From Oceanispirochaeta sp. (GTDB lineage: Bacteria; Spirochaetota; Spirochaetia; DSM-2461), in contig CAXXOA010000001.1 in the NCBI GenBank assembly GCA_963666275.2, positions 2,336,001-2,400,000 on the forward strand: a DNA stretch of 64,000 bases, read 5' to 3'. A program made the position numbers and the translations under genes. The notes under the pieces were generated by a model, which was not told where the DNA came from, searched no databases, and worked only from the letters and a program-made list of their open reading frames with translations. Numbering within the stretch: position 1 is the first letter of the stretch; each line of letters opens with the position of its first letter. Positions 39,231 through 49,498 of the stretch are shown piece after piece.

Positions 39231-39255
39231 AAGCCGCCTCGGGGCGGCTTTTTTT
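39231..39255 (+). terminator. Intrinsic terminator
   Basis: AAGCCGCC-TCGG-GGCGGCTT followed by a T run. Confidence 0.9.
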
Positions 39256-39372
39256 CTGCCCTGCTCCCAGGCCCTCCTGTCCATCTTAATAAACTCTCAC
39301 ATCTCCGAATAGGATAAAATTCCTTGACTAATCAATTAGGAACCCATAACTTTCTTTGTAAAGGAGACAACC

Positions 39373-40200
39373 ATGCAGTCACTGAAAGGAAAAACAGCCC
39401 TGGTAACAGGAGCCTCATCCGGAATTGGCAAGGAAACGGTTCTGGCTCTTCTGAAGGATGGCGTAAAAGTATATGCCGCGGCCAGAAGGGAATCCCATAT
39501 GGAAGATCTTGTAGAAAAAGGCGCCATTGTGATCCCCATGGACATTACCAGTAAAGATTCGATAGAACAGGGGATTGGTAAAATCTTCCAGGAGAGCGGA
39601 TCCCTGGATATTCTGATAAACAATGCCGGTTACGGTTCCTACGGAGCCATTGAAGATGTGCCCATTGAAGAAGGTATCAGACAGTTCGATGTGAATATTT
39701 TCGGTCTGGCCCGGCTGACTCAGCTAGTCCTGCCGGGAATGAGAAAAAACAGGTCCGGTAAAATAGTGAATATATCCTCCATGGGGGGAAAGATGTACAC
39801 TCCCTTCGGAGGCTGGTACCATGCGACCAAACATGCCCTGGAAGGGTTCACGGACTGCCTCCGTCTGGAAGTGGCTCCTTTCGGTATTGATGCCATACTG
39901 ATTGAACCAGGCGGAATCACAACACCCTGGGGTACAATTGCAGCGGACAATCTTGAAAAAATGTCAGGATCAGGAGCCTATGCAGAAAGAGCTAAACAGT
40001 CTGCTGAGGGGATCAGAAACAGATATGAAAGCGGTAAAATGACCGAGCCCGGGGTGATAGCCCGGGTTATTCTAAAATCCCTGAAAGCCAAAAAGCCCAA
40101 AACCCGATATGCTGCCGGATATATGGCAAAGCCGTCTCTGTTTCTCAGAAAAATACTTCCTGATAGAGTTTTCGACAAACTCATCCAGTCTATGGTATAG
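39373..40200 (+). CDS. Short-chain dehydrogenase/reductase
   Basis: TGASSGIG, NNAG, YHATK. Confidence 0.93.
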   Translation: MQSLKGKTALVTGASSGIGKETVLALLKDGVKVYAAARRESHMEDLVEKGAIVIPMDITSKDSIEQGIGKIFQESGSLDILINNAGYGSYGAIEDVPIEEGIRQFDVNIFGLARLTQLVLPGMRKNRSGKIVNISSMGGKMYTPFGGWYHATKHALEGFTDCLRLEVAPFGIDAILIEPGGITTPWGTIAADNLEKMSGSGAYAERAKQSAEGIRNRYESGKMTEPGVIARVILKSLKAKKPKTRYAAGYMAKPSLFLRKILPDRVFDKLIQSMV

Positions 40201-40239
40201 ATGCCCTTAAACTCTGACAGGATAGTTAAAAAAATGATG

Positions 40240-40268
40240 CCTCCGGAAAATCCATTCCGGAGGTTTTT
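40240..40268. terminator. Terminator hairpin between convergent genes
   Basis: CCTCCGGAA-loop-TTCCGGAGG followed by a T run. Confidence 0.75.
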
Positions 40269-40275
40269 AAAATAA

Positions 40276-40764
40276 TCAGTAGTAATCTTCCCCCATGGGA
40301 TTGAACTCTGCATTTTCGACCCACCATTCGGGTTTTTGAACCATTTCGATCAGATTATCCACTGTCTCATAGTGATACTCTTCCTGCCTGGAAAGGAGTT
40401 TAAAAAGCTTCTGCCCCTCTTCCGTATCGACTGAGCTCAGTTTTTCCTTGTAATACTGCTGTCCTTTTTTTTCAATTTCCAGCGCTCTTTTCAGCTCGGG
40501 AAGGATACTGTCGTTAAGAGACTCGGTTTGGCTGTTCTTTTGAATCTCTTTGAAAATCGTAGTTACAGCTTTTATGGACGACTCATTTTTTTCATGGGGA
40601 AGTTTTTTCTGAAGGACTTCAATTGCCCTGGCATGTTTTTCCTCATCCTCTGCCAGCTTGGAAAAAACATTCTTTATTCCCGGATGATCCGTTTTGGACG
40701 CCAGTTCCCTGTAAAGATTCTCTGCATCGTGTTCCATTTCAAGAGCAAAATCAAATATATCCAC
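40276..40764 (-). CDS. Rubrerythrin/ferritin-like diiron protein
   Basis: ALEME..Y, EEKH, ALEIE..Y, EEYH; GTG start with GGAGG RBS. Confidence 0.88.
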   Translation of the reverse strand: MDIFDFALEMEHDAENLYRELASKTDHPGIKNVFSKLAEDEEKHARAIEVLQKKLPHEKNESSIKAVTTIFKEIQKNSQTESLNDSILPELKRALEIEKKGQQYYKEKLSSVDTEEGQKLFKLLSRQEEYHYETVDNLIEMVQKPEWWVENAEFNPMGEDYY

Positions 40765-40938
40765 TGTATTCCTCCCTTTGTAAGGTTGTAAGTTGTTATA
40801 TAAATTAAAATAGAAATACAGGAAGAAAACAAATTTGAAGTGCAAAGACTTTAAAAAATCCCGTAACAAAAGAGAACAATCTTGTAGAAATCCCGATTTA
40901 CCTTTAAGGTAGGAAAGATTTTAAGAGGAGAAAAAAGT

Positions 40939-42117
40939 ATGAAGACAACCCATTCAGATGAAAATAACGAGAATTTTGCCGAACTTTTTGAAAGCAGCAT
41001 ATCCGGAATGGAGCGGCTTGAACCGGGCCAGCAGATTGAAACTGAAATAGTCTCTATAGCAGGAGATACCATATTCCTCCAGCTCAGCGGAAAGAGCGAA
41101 GGTGTCCTTGAAAGAGAAGAACTGACTGACAAGGACGGGAACTGCACCGTCAGCGAAGGCGAAACCATAAAAGTATATTTTCTGGAAGCCAAAAACGGTG
41201 AAATGCGGTTTACAACCAGGATCAGCGGTGAAAAAGCCGGCAATGCCATGATGGAAAGTGCCTTTGATAACGGCATTCCCGTAGAAGGGGTGGTGGAAAA
41301 AGAGATTAAAGGCGGTTTTGAAGTCAAAATCGGCGGTACCAGAGCATTCTGTCCCTATTCCCAGATGGGAGAGAAACGGGTGGACGATGCCTCTCAGTAT
41401 GTTGGCAAGCATCTGACTTTTAAAATTACTGAATATAAAGAGAACGGCCGGAATGTTCTTGTTTCGAACAGGGCTATTCTGGAAGAGGAAAACAGAAAAA
41501 AAGTTGAAGATCTCAAAAAAGATCTCTCAGAAGGGATGACCATAACAGGTACGGTCGCCTCTATAAGAAACTTCGGTGCTTTTATTGAGCTGGGAGGAGC
41601 CCAGGCTCTGCTCCCTATCTCTGAAATCAGCAGAAGCCGGGTGGAGGATATCAATAAGGTACTCTCCGTAGGGCAGGAAGTAACAGCAAAGATCCTGAGC
41701 CTGGACTGGCAGAACAGCAAACTTTCAGTCAGTATGAAAGCTCTGGAAGCGGATCCCTGGGAAGAAGCGAAAAAGAAATATCCCGAAGGATCCAAACACA
41801 CAGGTAAAGTTGTCCGTATTACCGATTTCGGCGCATTCGTCGAACTGGAACCCGGACTGGACGGCCTCCTTCATGTGTCTGAACTGAAAGAGGACCCCAG
41901 AGAAAACAACCCGCAGTATAAGCTCCAGCAGAACCAGGAGCTGACAGTCATGATAGGCAGTGTGGATGCCCAGCGTCAGAGGATCTCACTGAAAAGAGGG
42001 GACAAAAAACCCGAAGAGGATTTCTCCTCCTTTATTGACGGCGGCAGCGATGACGGGGAAACCTATAACCCCTTTGCAGCTCTGCTGAAAGACAAAGTGG
42101 AAAAAAAGAAAAAATAA
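40939..42117 (+). CDS. Ribosomal protein S1-like protein (four S1 domains)
   Basis: Repeated FGAFIEL/FGAFVEL, RAFCPYSQ, GLLHVSEL. Confidence 0.88.
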   Translation: MKTTHSDENNENFAELFESSISGMERLEPGQQIETEIVSIAGDTIFLQLSGKSEGVLEREELTDKDGNCTVSEGETIKVYFLEAKNGEMRFTTRISGEKAGNAMMESAFDNGIPVEGVVEKEIKGGFEVKIGGTRAFCPYSQMGEKRVDDASQYVGKHLTFKITEYKENGRNVLVSNRAILEEENRKKVEDLKKDLSEGMTITGTVASIRNFGAFIELGGAQALLPISEISRSRVEDINKVLSVGQEVTAKILSLDWQNSKLSVSMKALEADPWEEAKKKYPEGSKHTGKVVRITDFGAFVELEPGLDGLLHVSELKEDPRENNPQYKLQQNQELTVMIGSVDAQRQRISLKRGDKKPEEDFSSFIDGGSDDGETYNPFAALLKDKVEKKKK

Positions 42118-42120
42118 TCC

Positions 42121-44133
42121 TCATCCATCATCTCTAATATGCTGCAAAGCCTCCTCTGCCTTCCCGTAAGGGAGGCTGCAGCTTTTATCCCGGCAGATAT
42201 AGATAAGTGTTTCATCCTCACAGAATCTTCCTTTGAAAAGAAGATGATCATCCTGGGGAGAGTCAGTTTGAGCCGTAACTGTACCGGGGAGAAAATCCTG
42301 TCGGAAACGGTCTCCCAGAACCTGCGCTTCCCTGCCTGTAATGACAACTTCATAGAATGGTTCACTTTGCAGGAGTGCTACTGCGGCCCAATGGGCGTGG
42401 TACATCGGATTTTCCTCCACCAGCGTCATCATAACTCCCCCGGCCTCCTCAGCCAGAGACGCATAGTCATCTTTTCCAAGGAGCCTTGAAAGAAGAAAGA
42501 GGTTTTCTGCCATTACGGCGTTGGGAGATGGGATGACACTGTCAGTAAGCTCCACTTCTCTGCCGAGAGCCTCCTGTTCCCCATGGACATTCGTATAGAA
42601 TCCTTTCCGTTCTGAGGGGAATTTTGTTAATACCCGGGCTGTCAGTTCTTCCGCTTTGACAAGATATTCCGGGCCGCCTGATACCTCATAGAGGCTGATC
42701 AGACTTCGGATCAGAAAGGCATAGTCCTCAAGGAAAGCGGATTCATAGAAAGCCCCGCCCTTCCAGGCATGATTGAGAGTTCCCTGATCTGAATGATCAA
42801 GTATGATTTTCGCCGCAATCCGGGCGTGCTGAAGATCCTCTCTCCTGCCGAAGGCTTTATAGGCATCGCAGCAGGCACTGATCATCAGTCCATTCCAGGA
42901 GATGAGGGCTTTCTCATCCTTTCCGGGGGAAACCCTTTTCTGCCGGGCCTCCATAAGACGGGTTTTAATCCTCTCCTGCCGGATCTGAAGCTCCCCGCTG
43001 CTAAGACCGAAGGTTTCCGCAAGAACCTGATCCTTCCGGGCTTCCAGCAGAATATTGTGTCCCATCTCCCATAAACCGTCCCCGTCTACACCGAACCAGT
43101 CCCGGGCCAGGGAATAATCCTGCCCCAGAATCTGTGCCAGATCCCGGCTCTCCCATGTGTAGAAAAGGCCTTCCCGGCCGCTGCTGTCTGCATCCAGGGC
43201 CGAGAAAAACAAGCCTTCCTCCGAGGTCATCTCCCGGTAGAGGAAGTCCAGGGATTCCAGTGCGACCTGCCTGAATTTTCTCTCTTTCGTCACACGGTAG
43301 GCTTCGCTGTAGAGGCTCACAAGCTGGGCATTATCATAAAGCATCTTTTCAAAGTGAGGCACCTTCCAGTATCGATCAGTGGAATACCGGGCAAAACCGC
43401 CTCCGATCCTGTCATAGAGCCCTCCTGCGGCCATTTTCTGCAGCGTATGGAGTACTAGTTCCATTACATTCTGATCCCTTCTGAGGACGCTCCAGGCAAG
43501 GAGAAAACGGAATAGAACAGGCATGGGAAACTTCGGAGCTCCCTTCACACCTCCCTCCTGCCGGTCAAGATTGTCGATAATTGTTTTCACAACGTCCCGG
43601 AGGTCCGGTCTCTCCTGTTTCCACCCGGATAGACGGAGGATCTTTCTGCCGTATTCTTCAATGCCCTTCTCGACCGCATCTGCCGAATCTGTCAGCTCAT
43701 CGGGAGAGTCCCTGTATTTGTCTCTCACTGCTGCGAGGATCTGATGCCAGGAATCACGGGGAAAATAGGTTCCCCCGTAGAAGGGCCTTCTATCAGGAAA
43801 GGCAAAGACTGTGAGTGGCCATCCTCCCCTTCCTGTTATCATCTGTACGGCCTTCATGTAATAGCTGTCCAGGTCGGGCCTCTCTTCCCTGTCAATTTTA
43901 ATACTCACGAAGGATGCATTCATCAGCTCGGCCGTATGGGGATCTTCAAATGATTCATGAGCCATGACATGACACCAGTGACAGGAGGAATATCCAATGC
44001 TGATGATGACAGGCTTGTTCTCCTCTGCGGCTTTTTTAAAAGCCTCGTCGCCCCAGGGATACCAGTTCACAGGATTTTCCGCGTGCTGGAGCAGATAGGG
44101 GCTCCTGGCATCTTTCAAATGATTCTGACTCAT
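42121..44133 (-). CDS. YyaL/DUF255 thioredoxin-domain protein
   Basis: [39 protein letters not shown]. Confidence 0.93.
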   Translation of the reverse strand: MSQNHLKDARSPYLLQHAENPVNWYPWGDEAFKKAAEENKPVIISIGYSSCHWCHVMAHESFEDPHTAELMNASFVSIKIDREERPDLDSYYMKAVQMITGRGGWPLTVFAFPDRRPFYGGTYFPRDSWHQILAAVRDKYRDSPDELTDSADAVEKGIEEYGRKILRLSGWKQERPDLRDVVKTIIDNLDRQEGGVKGAPKFPMPVLFRFLLAWSVLRRDQNVMELVLHTLQKMAAGGLYDRIGGGFARYSTDRYWKVPHFEKMLYDNAQLVSLYSEAYRVTKERKFRQVALESLDFLYREMTSEEGLFFSALDADSSGREGLFYTWESRDLAQILGQDYSLARDWFGVDGDGLWEMGHNILLEARKDQVLAETFGLSSGELQIRQERIKTRLMEARQKRVSPGKDEKALISWNGLMISACCDAYKAFGRREDLQHARIAAKIILDHSDQGTLNHAWKGGAFYESAFLEDYAFLIRSLISLYEVSGGPEYLVKAEELTARVLTKFPSERKGFYTNVHGEQEALGREVELTDSVIPSPNAVMAENLFLLSRLLGKDDYASLAEEAGGVMMTLVEENPMYHAHWAAVALLQSEPFYEVVITGREAQVLGDRFRQDFLPGTVTAQTDSPQDDHLLFKGRFCEDETLIYICRDKSCSLPYGKAEEALQHIRDDG

Positions 44134-44220
44134 AATTGGGACCTCCCCGTATTTCTCATTCTAATATATTAGAATACTTGTAATGCATTTTTCTTTTCAT
44201 ATGTATTATACTTTCAAAAT

Positions 44221-44844
44221 ATGGAAAAACTGATTAATGGCGTTGTAGAGTTCCGGCGCGGAGACTTTGAAGAACATAAAGAGCTCTTTTCCTCTCTGGG
44301 CAGAAAACAGAAGCCCCATACTCTGTTTATAGGCTGCTCAGATTCCCGGGTAGTCCCCACAATGATCACCAAAGCCCTGCCCGGTGAACTTTTTATAATA
44401 CGGAATGTGGCCAATATGGTTCCCAAATACCGCCTGGCCGATGAATACCTGGCTACCACTTCAGCCATTGAATATGCGGTTCAGGTTCTGGATGTGGAAA
44501 ACATCATAATCTGCGGACACAGCAATTGCGGAGGATGTGCCGCTCTGCATCAGACCGAAGAGGAGTTTGAAAAGCTCCCCCATACCCACAAGTGGCTCGA
44601 ACTGGCGGGCAATGTGAAAAAAAGGGTGGAAGAGCAGCTTCCCGAAGACGATCCGGCGGCCCGGGAGTGGCTGACGGAACAGACAAATATAGTTGAGCAG
44701 ATGAAACACCTTCTGAGTTATCCCTATATCGCCGAGCGCTATCAGACAGGGAAACTGGCTATTATGGGATGGTACTATATCATCGAAACCGGAGAAGTAT
44801 TCAGCTACAACAAGGAGACAGGTTTTTTTGATCCTGTGAATTAA
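44221..44844 (+). CDS. Beta-class carbonic anhydrase
   Basis: CSDSRV, RNVAN, GHSNCGG. Confidence 0.95.
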   Translation: MEKLINGVVEFRRGDFEEHKELFSSLGRKQKPHTLFIGCSDSRVVPTMITKALPGELFIIRNVANMVPKYRLADEYLATTSAIEYAVQVLDVENIIICGHSNCGGCAALHQTEEEFEKLPHTHKWLELAGNVKKRVEEQLPEDDPAAREWLTEQTNIVEQMKHLLSYPYIAERYQTGKLAIMGWYYIIETGEVFSYNKETGFFDPVN

Positions 44845-44846
44845 TT

Positions 44847-46103
44847 ATGAAACAGATACACAGCCCCATGATCCTTCTTTTCCTATTCCTGACAGCCTTT
44901 CAGAGTCTGGCCTCCCGGGAAATGGAGCGTTCCATCAATACGATTACAATCCAGGGAAATGTACGGACCAGAGAGGATGTTATCCGGCGGATCCTCCCTG
45001 TCAGAGAGGGAGATCTCTACGGGGAAGACACAAAAGAGGAGATCATCCAGAAACTGAGAAGTACGGGCCTATTCAATCCAGAAATTGAGGTTATGGCCAG
45101 GGAGACTGACGGGAAGACCGATATTCTTATTACCCTGAAAGACAAATGGACCCTGATCCCCATCCCGATCGTGTCAGTGGCAGATCAGGGATCCTGGCGG
45201 GCCGGAGCCCTTGTGATAGAGGGAAACCTTCTGGGGTTCTATAAAACCCTGGGACTGGGATTTTTCTATGGTTCCGATGGTTATTCTCTTCTCAGTTTCT
45301 TCTCCAGTCCCCTCTTGCTGAATACAGATATGACTCTCACAGCAGGATTTTCCGCAGGATTCGATGAAACAGAGGATCTGACTATGGAAGAGGATCTCCT
45401 GCGGGAGTATCAGGCCGATACCTTATCAGGCAGCCTGGGGCTCGAATACCCTCTGGGGCAGGCACTGTTCTTTACAGGCGGATGGGAGTACGACCGTTCG
45501 GCACTCAAAGAGAAGAGCCGGGAACAAACGGGTATCCCCGACATGGAGTTTACAGGGCTCTCTGCCGAACTGAAATGGAAAGATCTCTATTATGATATTC
45601 CCTATGAGACAGGTCTTCTTTTAAAAGGAGTCTATTCCTGGAACTGGGGTCTTGCTGAGACTGAAAACTTCCCGGTCATAGAAGGAAAGATCCGGGGCGC
45701 CCTCACTCCCTGGGCAGGCCACCTGATACGCCTTGACGGACAGTACGGCTCGGGAGACCTTCCGGTTCAGAAAGAGTTCCGTCTGGGAGGACTGCCCGGG
45801 ACTCAGGTGCTTCCCATGGACAGAATTACCGCTGATGAATACCTTGCGACGTCCCTCTCCTACAATGTTCCGGTCTGGACCTTTTCTGGAGGAACGATCT
45901 CAGCGAAAGCTTTCTACGAAGTCGGATTCTATTCTACCGAAACTATTGAAAGGACATTTTTCGACGGCCCCGGGGCGGGACTGGAACTCTTTATCAATGA
46001 TCTTGCCATACCGGCTGTAACGATGAATTTCGGCTGGAACCGGAAGACCGAAAGCCTACAGTTCTCAGCCGGGATCGGAATGGGCGGAAGCAATCCGGAC
46101 TGA
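44847..46103 (+). CDS. Omp85-superfamily-like protein with a single POTRA domain
   Basis: Signal peptide; ITIQGNVRTREDVIRR..LRSTGLF POTRA; EGNLLGFYKTL barrel start. Confidence 0.75.
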   Translation: MKQIHSPMILLFLFLTAFQSLASREMERSINTITIQGNVRTREDVIRRILPVREGDLYGEDTKEEIIQKLRSTGLFNPEIEVMARETDGKTDILITLKDKWTLIPIPIVSVADQGSWRAGALVIEGNLLGFYKTLGLGFFYGSDGYSLLSFFSSPLLLNTDMTLTAGFSAGFDETEDLTMEEDLLREYQADTLSGSLGLEYPLGQALFFTGGWEYDRSALKEKSREQTGIPDMEFTGLSAELKWKDLYYDIPYETGLLLKGVYSWNWGLAETENFPVIEGKIRGALTPWAGHLIRLDGQYGSGDLPVQKEFRLGGLPGTQVLPMDRITADEYLATSLSYNVPVWTFSGGTISAKAFYEVGFYSTETIERTFFDGPGAGLELFINDLAIPAVTMNFGWNRKTESLQFSAGIGMGGSNPD

Positions 46104-46113
46104 AAAAGATCTG

Positions 46114-46479
46114 TCAGTGAAAGACTCCGGCTGAAACGACAAGCTGCATCACATAGGTAACCACATCCATGTCCATATCCAGGGCCCAGGAATTGACAAG
46201 ATCCTTCAGATAGATCCAGTCCTCCCTTTTCAGAGTATCCACATTTTCATCATATTCCATGTTGAAAATATCAACCATATCTGCCAGTTTATCGAAGTAC
46301 TTGTCATCCACTTCGCTGCCGGGAAAACAGTATTCCATCAGTTCCGAGGAAAAATCTTCGGGCATACCGAGGGCTTTTATAAAAAGCTCCTCCAGATCTT
46401 TCATAAATTCTTCTGTACATTCGTACTGGTATTTTTTTCTCAGATGCTTACAGCTTCTGTTAAATTCATTGCTATTCAT
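46114..46479 (-). CDS. Hypothetical acidic helical protein
   Basis: 121 aa ORF with AGGAG RBS. Confidence 0.75.
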   Translation of the reverse strand: MNSNEFNRSCKHLRKKYQYECTEEFMKDLEELFIKALGMPEDFSSELMEYCFPGSEVDDKYFDKLADMVDIFNMEYDENVDTLKREDWIYLKDLVNSWALDMDMDVVTYVMQLVVSAGVFH

Positions 46480-46606
46480 ATTCTAAGCTCCTGTTTCTAT
46501 TTTAATCCTTCTCTGAGTATCTGGAAAAGGGGAAATTGTGAATTCTGTTTGACCATGCAGGTATTCTTACTATAATGGAGAGAAACCTGTCTACTGGAGG
46601 AACATC

Positions 46607-47092
46607 ATGGGAGACTACATCCGCCCGAGCTGGGATGAATACTTTATGGAAGTCTGCGAAGCCATCTCGAAAAGGGCTACCTGCGACCGGGGAAGAAGCG
46701 GATGCGTCATAGCCAGAGACAAACAGATCCTTGCCACCGGATACGTGGGAGCGCCTCCGGGGCTTCCCCACTGCGACGAGGCCGGCCATCAGTTCAAAAC
46801 CACAGTTCACGAGGACGGTTCCAAAAGCCAGCACTGCGTGAGAACAGTCCATGCCGAACAGAATGCAATATGCCAGGCTGCCAGGAGAGGAATACCTCTG
46901 GAAGGTGCAACCCTCTACTGCCGTATGACCCCCTGCAGAACCTGTGCCATGCTGATTATAAGCAGCGGCATAATCCGTGTTGTCTGTGAAAGGAAGTACC
47001 ATGCCGGGGCCGAATCCGAGGCGATGTTCAGCCAGGTCGGCATAGAACTGGAATACAGACACGAAGAAGTCCAGCAGTACGAAAAACAGTAG
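46607..47092 (+). CDS. dCMP deaminase family protein
   Basis: RPSWDEYFM, HAEQNA, PCRTC. Confidence 0.93.
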   Translation: MGDYIRPSWDEYFMEVCEAISKRATCDRGRSGCVIARDKQILATGYVGAPPGLPHCDEAGHQFKTTVHEDGSKSQHCVRTVHAEQNAICQAARRGIPLEGATLYCRMTPCRTCAMLIISSGIIRVVCERKYHAGAESEAMFSQVGIELEYRHEEVQQYEKQ

Positions 47093-47287
47093 CAACGCGA
47101 TTTATCGCGTTGATCCTGTTTTCGGTAATCGCGTTGATCCTGTTTTCGGTAATCGCGCTGATCCTGTTTTCGGTAATCGCGCTGATCCTTTTGATATAAG
47201 ACGCGATGAATCTCGTCTTTACGGGGTAGGGATTGGCCTTGGCTGTCGGCATTTTCCCAGAGGAGACGCGATGAATCGCGTCTTTAC
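47089..47287. repeat. REP-like palindrome cluster with a 24-nt tandem repeat
   Basis: GTAG-CAACGCGAT-TT-ATCGCGTTG (47089-47112); about 3.6 copies of ATCGCGYTGATCCTGTTTTCGGTA (47104-47189); two AGACGCGATGAATCKCGTCTTTAC copies (47199-47222, 47264-47287). Confidence 0.85.
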
Positions 47288-47332
47288 CCGGGAGGGAGCT
47301 AGCGTGGACAGTGCCCCGACGCAGTCCTGCGT

Positions 47333-47641
47333 CTATCTGGATTTGGGTACGTGATAGATCCTTTTATCATGATCGCTCTGGTAGCGATAGAGTATGGCCA
47401 TATTACCAATAACCCGTACAAGATGGGCATCGGTTTTTTCCGCCAGCTGACGGGACAGATCTTTTCTGTCTTCCTTATAGTCCACAAATTTCACTTTTAT
47501 CATCTCATGATTCTCAAGTTCCTGGTCTACCGCAGTTTCAATGGCTTCGGTCAGGCCGTTTCCTCCGATCATAACAACCGGTTTAAGAGCATGGGCTTTT
47601 TTAGTCAGATAACTTCTCTGAAATCCCTTTAATGGTTCCAT
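47333..47641 (-). CDS. yhbY: YhbY/CRM-domain RNA-binding protein
   Basis: AHALKPVVMIGGNGL, HEMIKVK, IGNMAILYR. Confidence 0.93.
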   Translation of the reverse strand: MEPLKGFQRSYLTKKAHALKPVVMIGGNGLTEAIETAVDQELENHEMIKVKFVDYKEDRKDLSRQLAEKTDAHLVRVIGNMAILYRYQSDHDKRIYHVPKSR

Positions 47642-47763
47642 ATATTCTTTCTATCTCCTGTTAACAGAAGGGACTATCTCATATTTCCCTATAAAATCAA
47701 AGCCCCCTGACGGATTGATTTGTGAAATTTACAAATCCCCCGGGGATGTATATACTTTGCCTC

Positions 47764-48483
47764 ATGAATCTACTTATATTTCAAAGCAATGAATGGCTCT
47801 CTCCCCTGTCCGGCAATGACCCGAGAGTGCAGCATATAAAAAAAATCCTCAGAGCCGGGGAGGGAGAGATCCTGGATGCAGGCGTTATCGGAGGTCCCAT
47901 AGGCAAAGCGGTGATCCGGAAAATCGAAACAGACGGCTCCATGTCTTTTTCCTTTCAGGGAGAGAAATCCCCGCCCCATCCGGATCCTGTTACCATGATC
48001 ATAGGCACTCCCCGGCCCCCTACAGCCCGGAGACTTATGAAAGATCTCACCACAGCCGGTGTGGGTAGAATGATTTTCTGTGCCACTGACCTGGGAGAGA
48101 AATCCTATCTGACAAGCAGTCTCTGGATGAAAGAGGAGTACAAAACAGCACTTCTGGAGGGAATTTCCCAGGGGGAAACCACCATTCTGCCGGAGCTTGT
48201 CAAACTCTACTCCCTCTTCAAAGCCATCGATCTGATTGATGAAAATACGGACCGTCTGGCCCTGGATAATATGTCTCCCGATGTGCCCCTGAAATCCTAT
48301 TTACCAGAGAAAGGCGCTACCTGTCTGGCTATCGGACCGGAACGGGGCTGGAGTGACAGGGAGAGAGGAATGCTCCGGGAGAGAGGGTTTCAGATCTGCT
48401 CCATGGGAGACCGGGTACTGAGAACCGAAACAGCCTGCCATATGGGGCTGGCCCTGATTCAGGGGGCCAGAGGTTTTATCTGA
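47764..48483 (+). CDS. rsmE: 16S rRNA m3U1498 methyltransferase
   Basis: HIKKILR, AIGPERGWS, MGDRVLRTETA. Confidence 0.9.
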   Translation: MNLLIFQSNEWLSPLSGNDPRVQHIKKILRAGEGEILDAGVIGGPIGKAVIRKIETDGSMSFSFQGEKSPPHPDPVTMIIGTPRPPTARRLMKDLTTAGVGRMIFCATDLGEKSYLTSSLWMKEEYKTALLEGISQGETTILPELVKLYSLFKAIDLIDENTDRLALDNMSPDVPLKSYLPEKGATCLAIGPERGWSDRERGMLRERGFQICSMGDRVLRTETACHMGLALIQGARGFI

Positions 48484-48493
48484 TCGCTGCCTT

Positions 48494-48844
48494 TTAAACC
48501 CAGGGATGCGATTCCTGCTCATCCCCCGGGAGGGTCACTTTATAAAACTCGAAAGCCGGTGTTTCATAGGGATGGGTCTTTTCCAGAGCTTCAATACAAT
48601 CAGGAATAAGATCCTCACCTACAAGCATTTCCACACGGAACTCCCGGACTCTCTCCAGAGTCCCTGTGCTGCCTATAAAGGGATCAGATCCCTCAAGTGG
48701 TTTAAACTGACCTGTACCTTCACACTCCCAGCAGCAGGACCCGTAGGAGCCCTGAGTCCCGGCCCCCAGAGCGAAAAGAGCCTCTTTCACATCCTCTTTG
48801 TGGCTTTCCGGAACAAAAAATACAAGCTTATGCATCACATTCAC
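48494..48844 (-). CDS. NIF3/YqfO-like small protein
   Basis: KLVFFVPESH, GTGQFKPLEGSDPFIG, HPYETPA. Confidence 0.88.
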   Translation of the reverse strand: MNVMHKLVFFVPESHKEDVKEALFALGAGTQGSYGSCCWECEGTGQFKPLEGSDPFIGSTGTLERVREFRVEMLVGEDLIPDCIEALEKTHPYETPAFEFYKVTLPGDEQESHPWV

Positions 48845-48920
48845 CCTCTTAGTTATCTGCGGGAAATATTAGCATATTCCCTATGGAATAAACAGATGAC
48901 AGATTTTTTTTCCTCCTTGC

Positions 48921-48949
48921 TTGACAGGAATTCCATGAATCTATATGAT
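48921..48949 (+). promoter_or_regulatory. tRNA promoter
   Basis: TTGACA-17-TATGAT. Confidence 0.8.
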
Positions 48950-48963
48950 ACAGCACATCAGTT

Positions 48964-49036
<73 letters not shown>

Positions 49037-49045
49037 CATCATTAT

Positions 49046-49072
49046 CCCATCCTTTACGGATGGGTTTTTTTT
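49046..49072 (+). terminator. Intrinsic terminator
   Basis: CCCATCC-TTTAC-GGATGGG followed by a T run. Confidence 0.88.
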
Positions 49073-49209
49073 GTCATTTTCCTTTCCATTTTACAGGATT
49101 ATACCTGATATCATTCAAAAACAATGCAAAGTAACTTACTCACAGAATTCTATTATCATTGATAAATACAATGTCATTTCCAGTCCGGAGAAAAAAAACT
49201 GTCATCTTA

Positions 49210-49238
49210 TTGACAGAAATCCGGCAGACGTATATATT
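49210..49238 (+). promoter_or_regulatory. tRNA promoter
   Basis: TTGACA-17-TATATT. Confidence 0.8.
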
Positions 49239-49251
49239 CTTTCAAGAAGTT

Positions 49252-49324
<73 letters not shown>

Positions 49325-49330
49325 CATAAT

Positions 49331-49359
49331 ACCCATCCTTTTTCGGATGGGTTTTTTTT
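49331..49359 (+). terminator. Intrinsic terminator
   Basis: ACCCATCC-TTTTC-GGATGGGT followed by a T run. Confidence 0.88.
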
Positions 49360-49498
49360 AATATCAGCCAAGCTGCAAATTATTGCAGCTCCCATCACCA
49401 AACTGCTGTTTTTTCCATCAAAACATGGTATTGTTAAAAACAAAACATAAAAGATATGCGGGTGATTCAACCTGGAACTATAAAAAGGACAATAAAGA

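Noticed and set aside
47104..47189. CRISPR array
   Set aside because: The 24-nt units are contiguous with no unique spacers, and there are no cas genes.
47028..47252. ORF with ISAITENR repeats
   Set aside because: This is a translation of the non-coding tandem repeat and overlaps the deaminase gene antisense.
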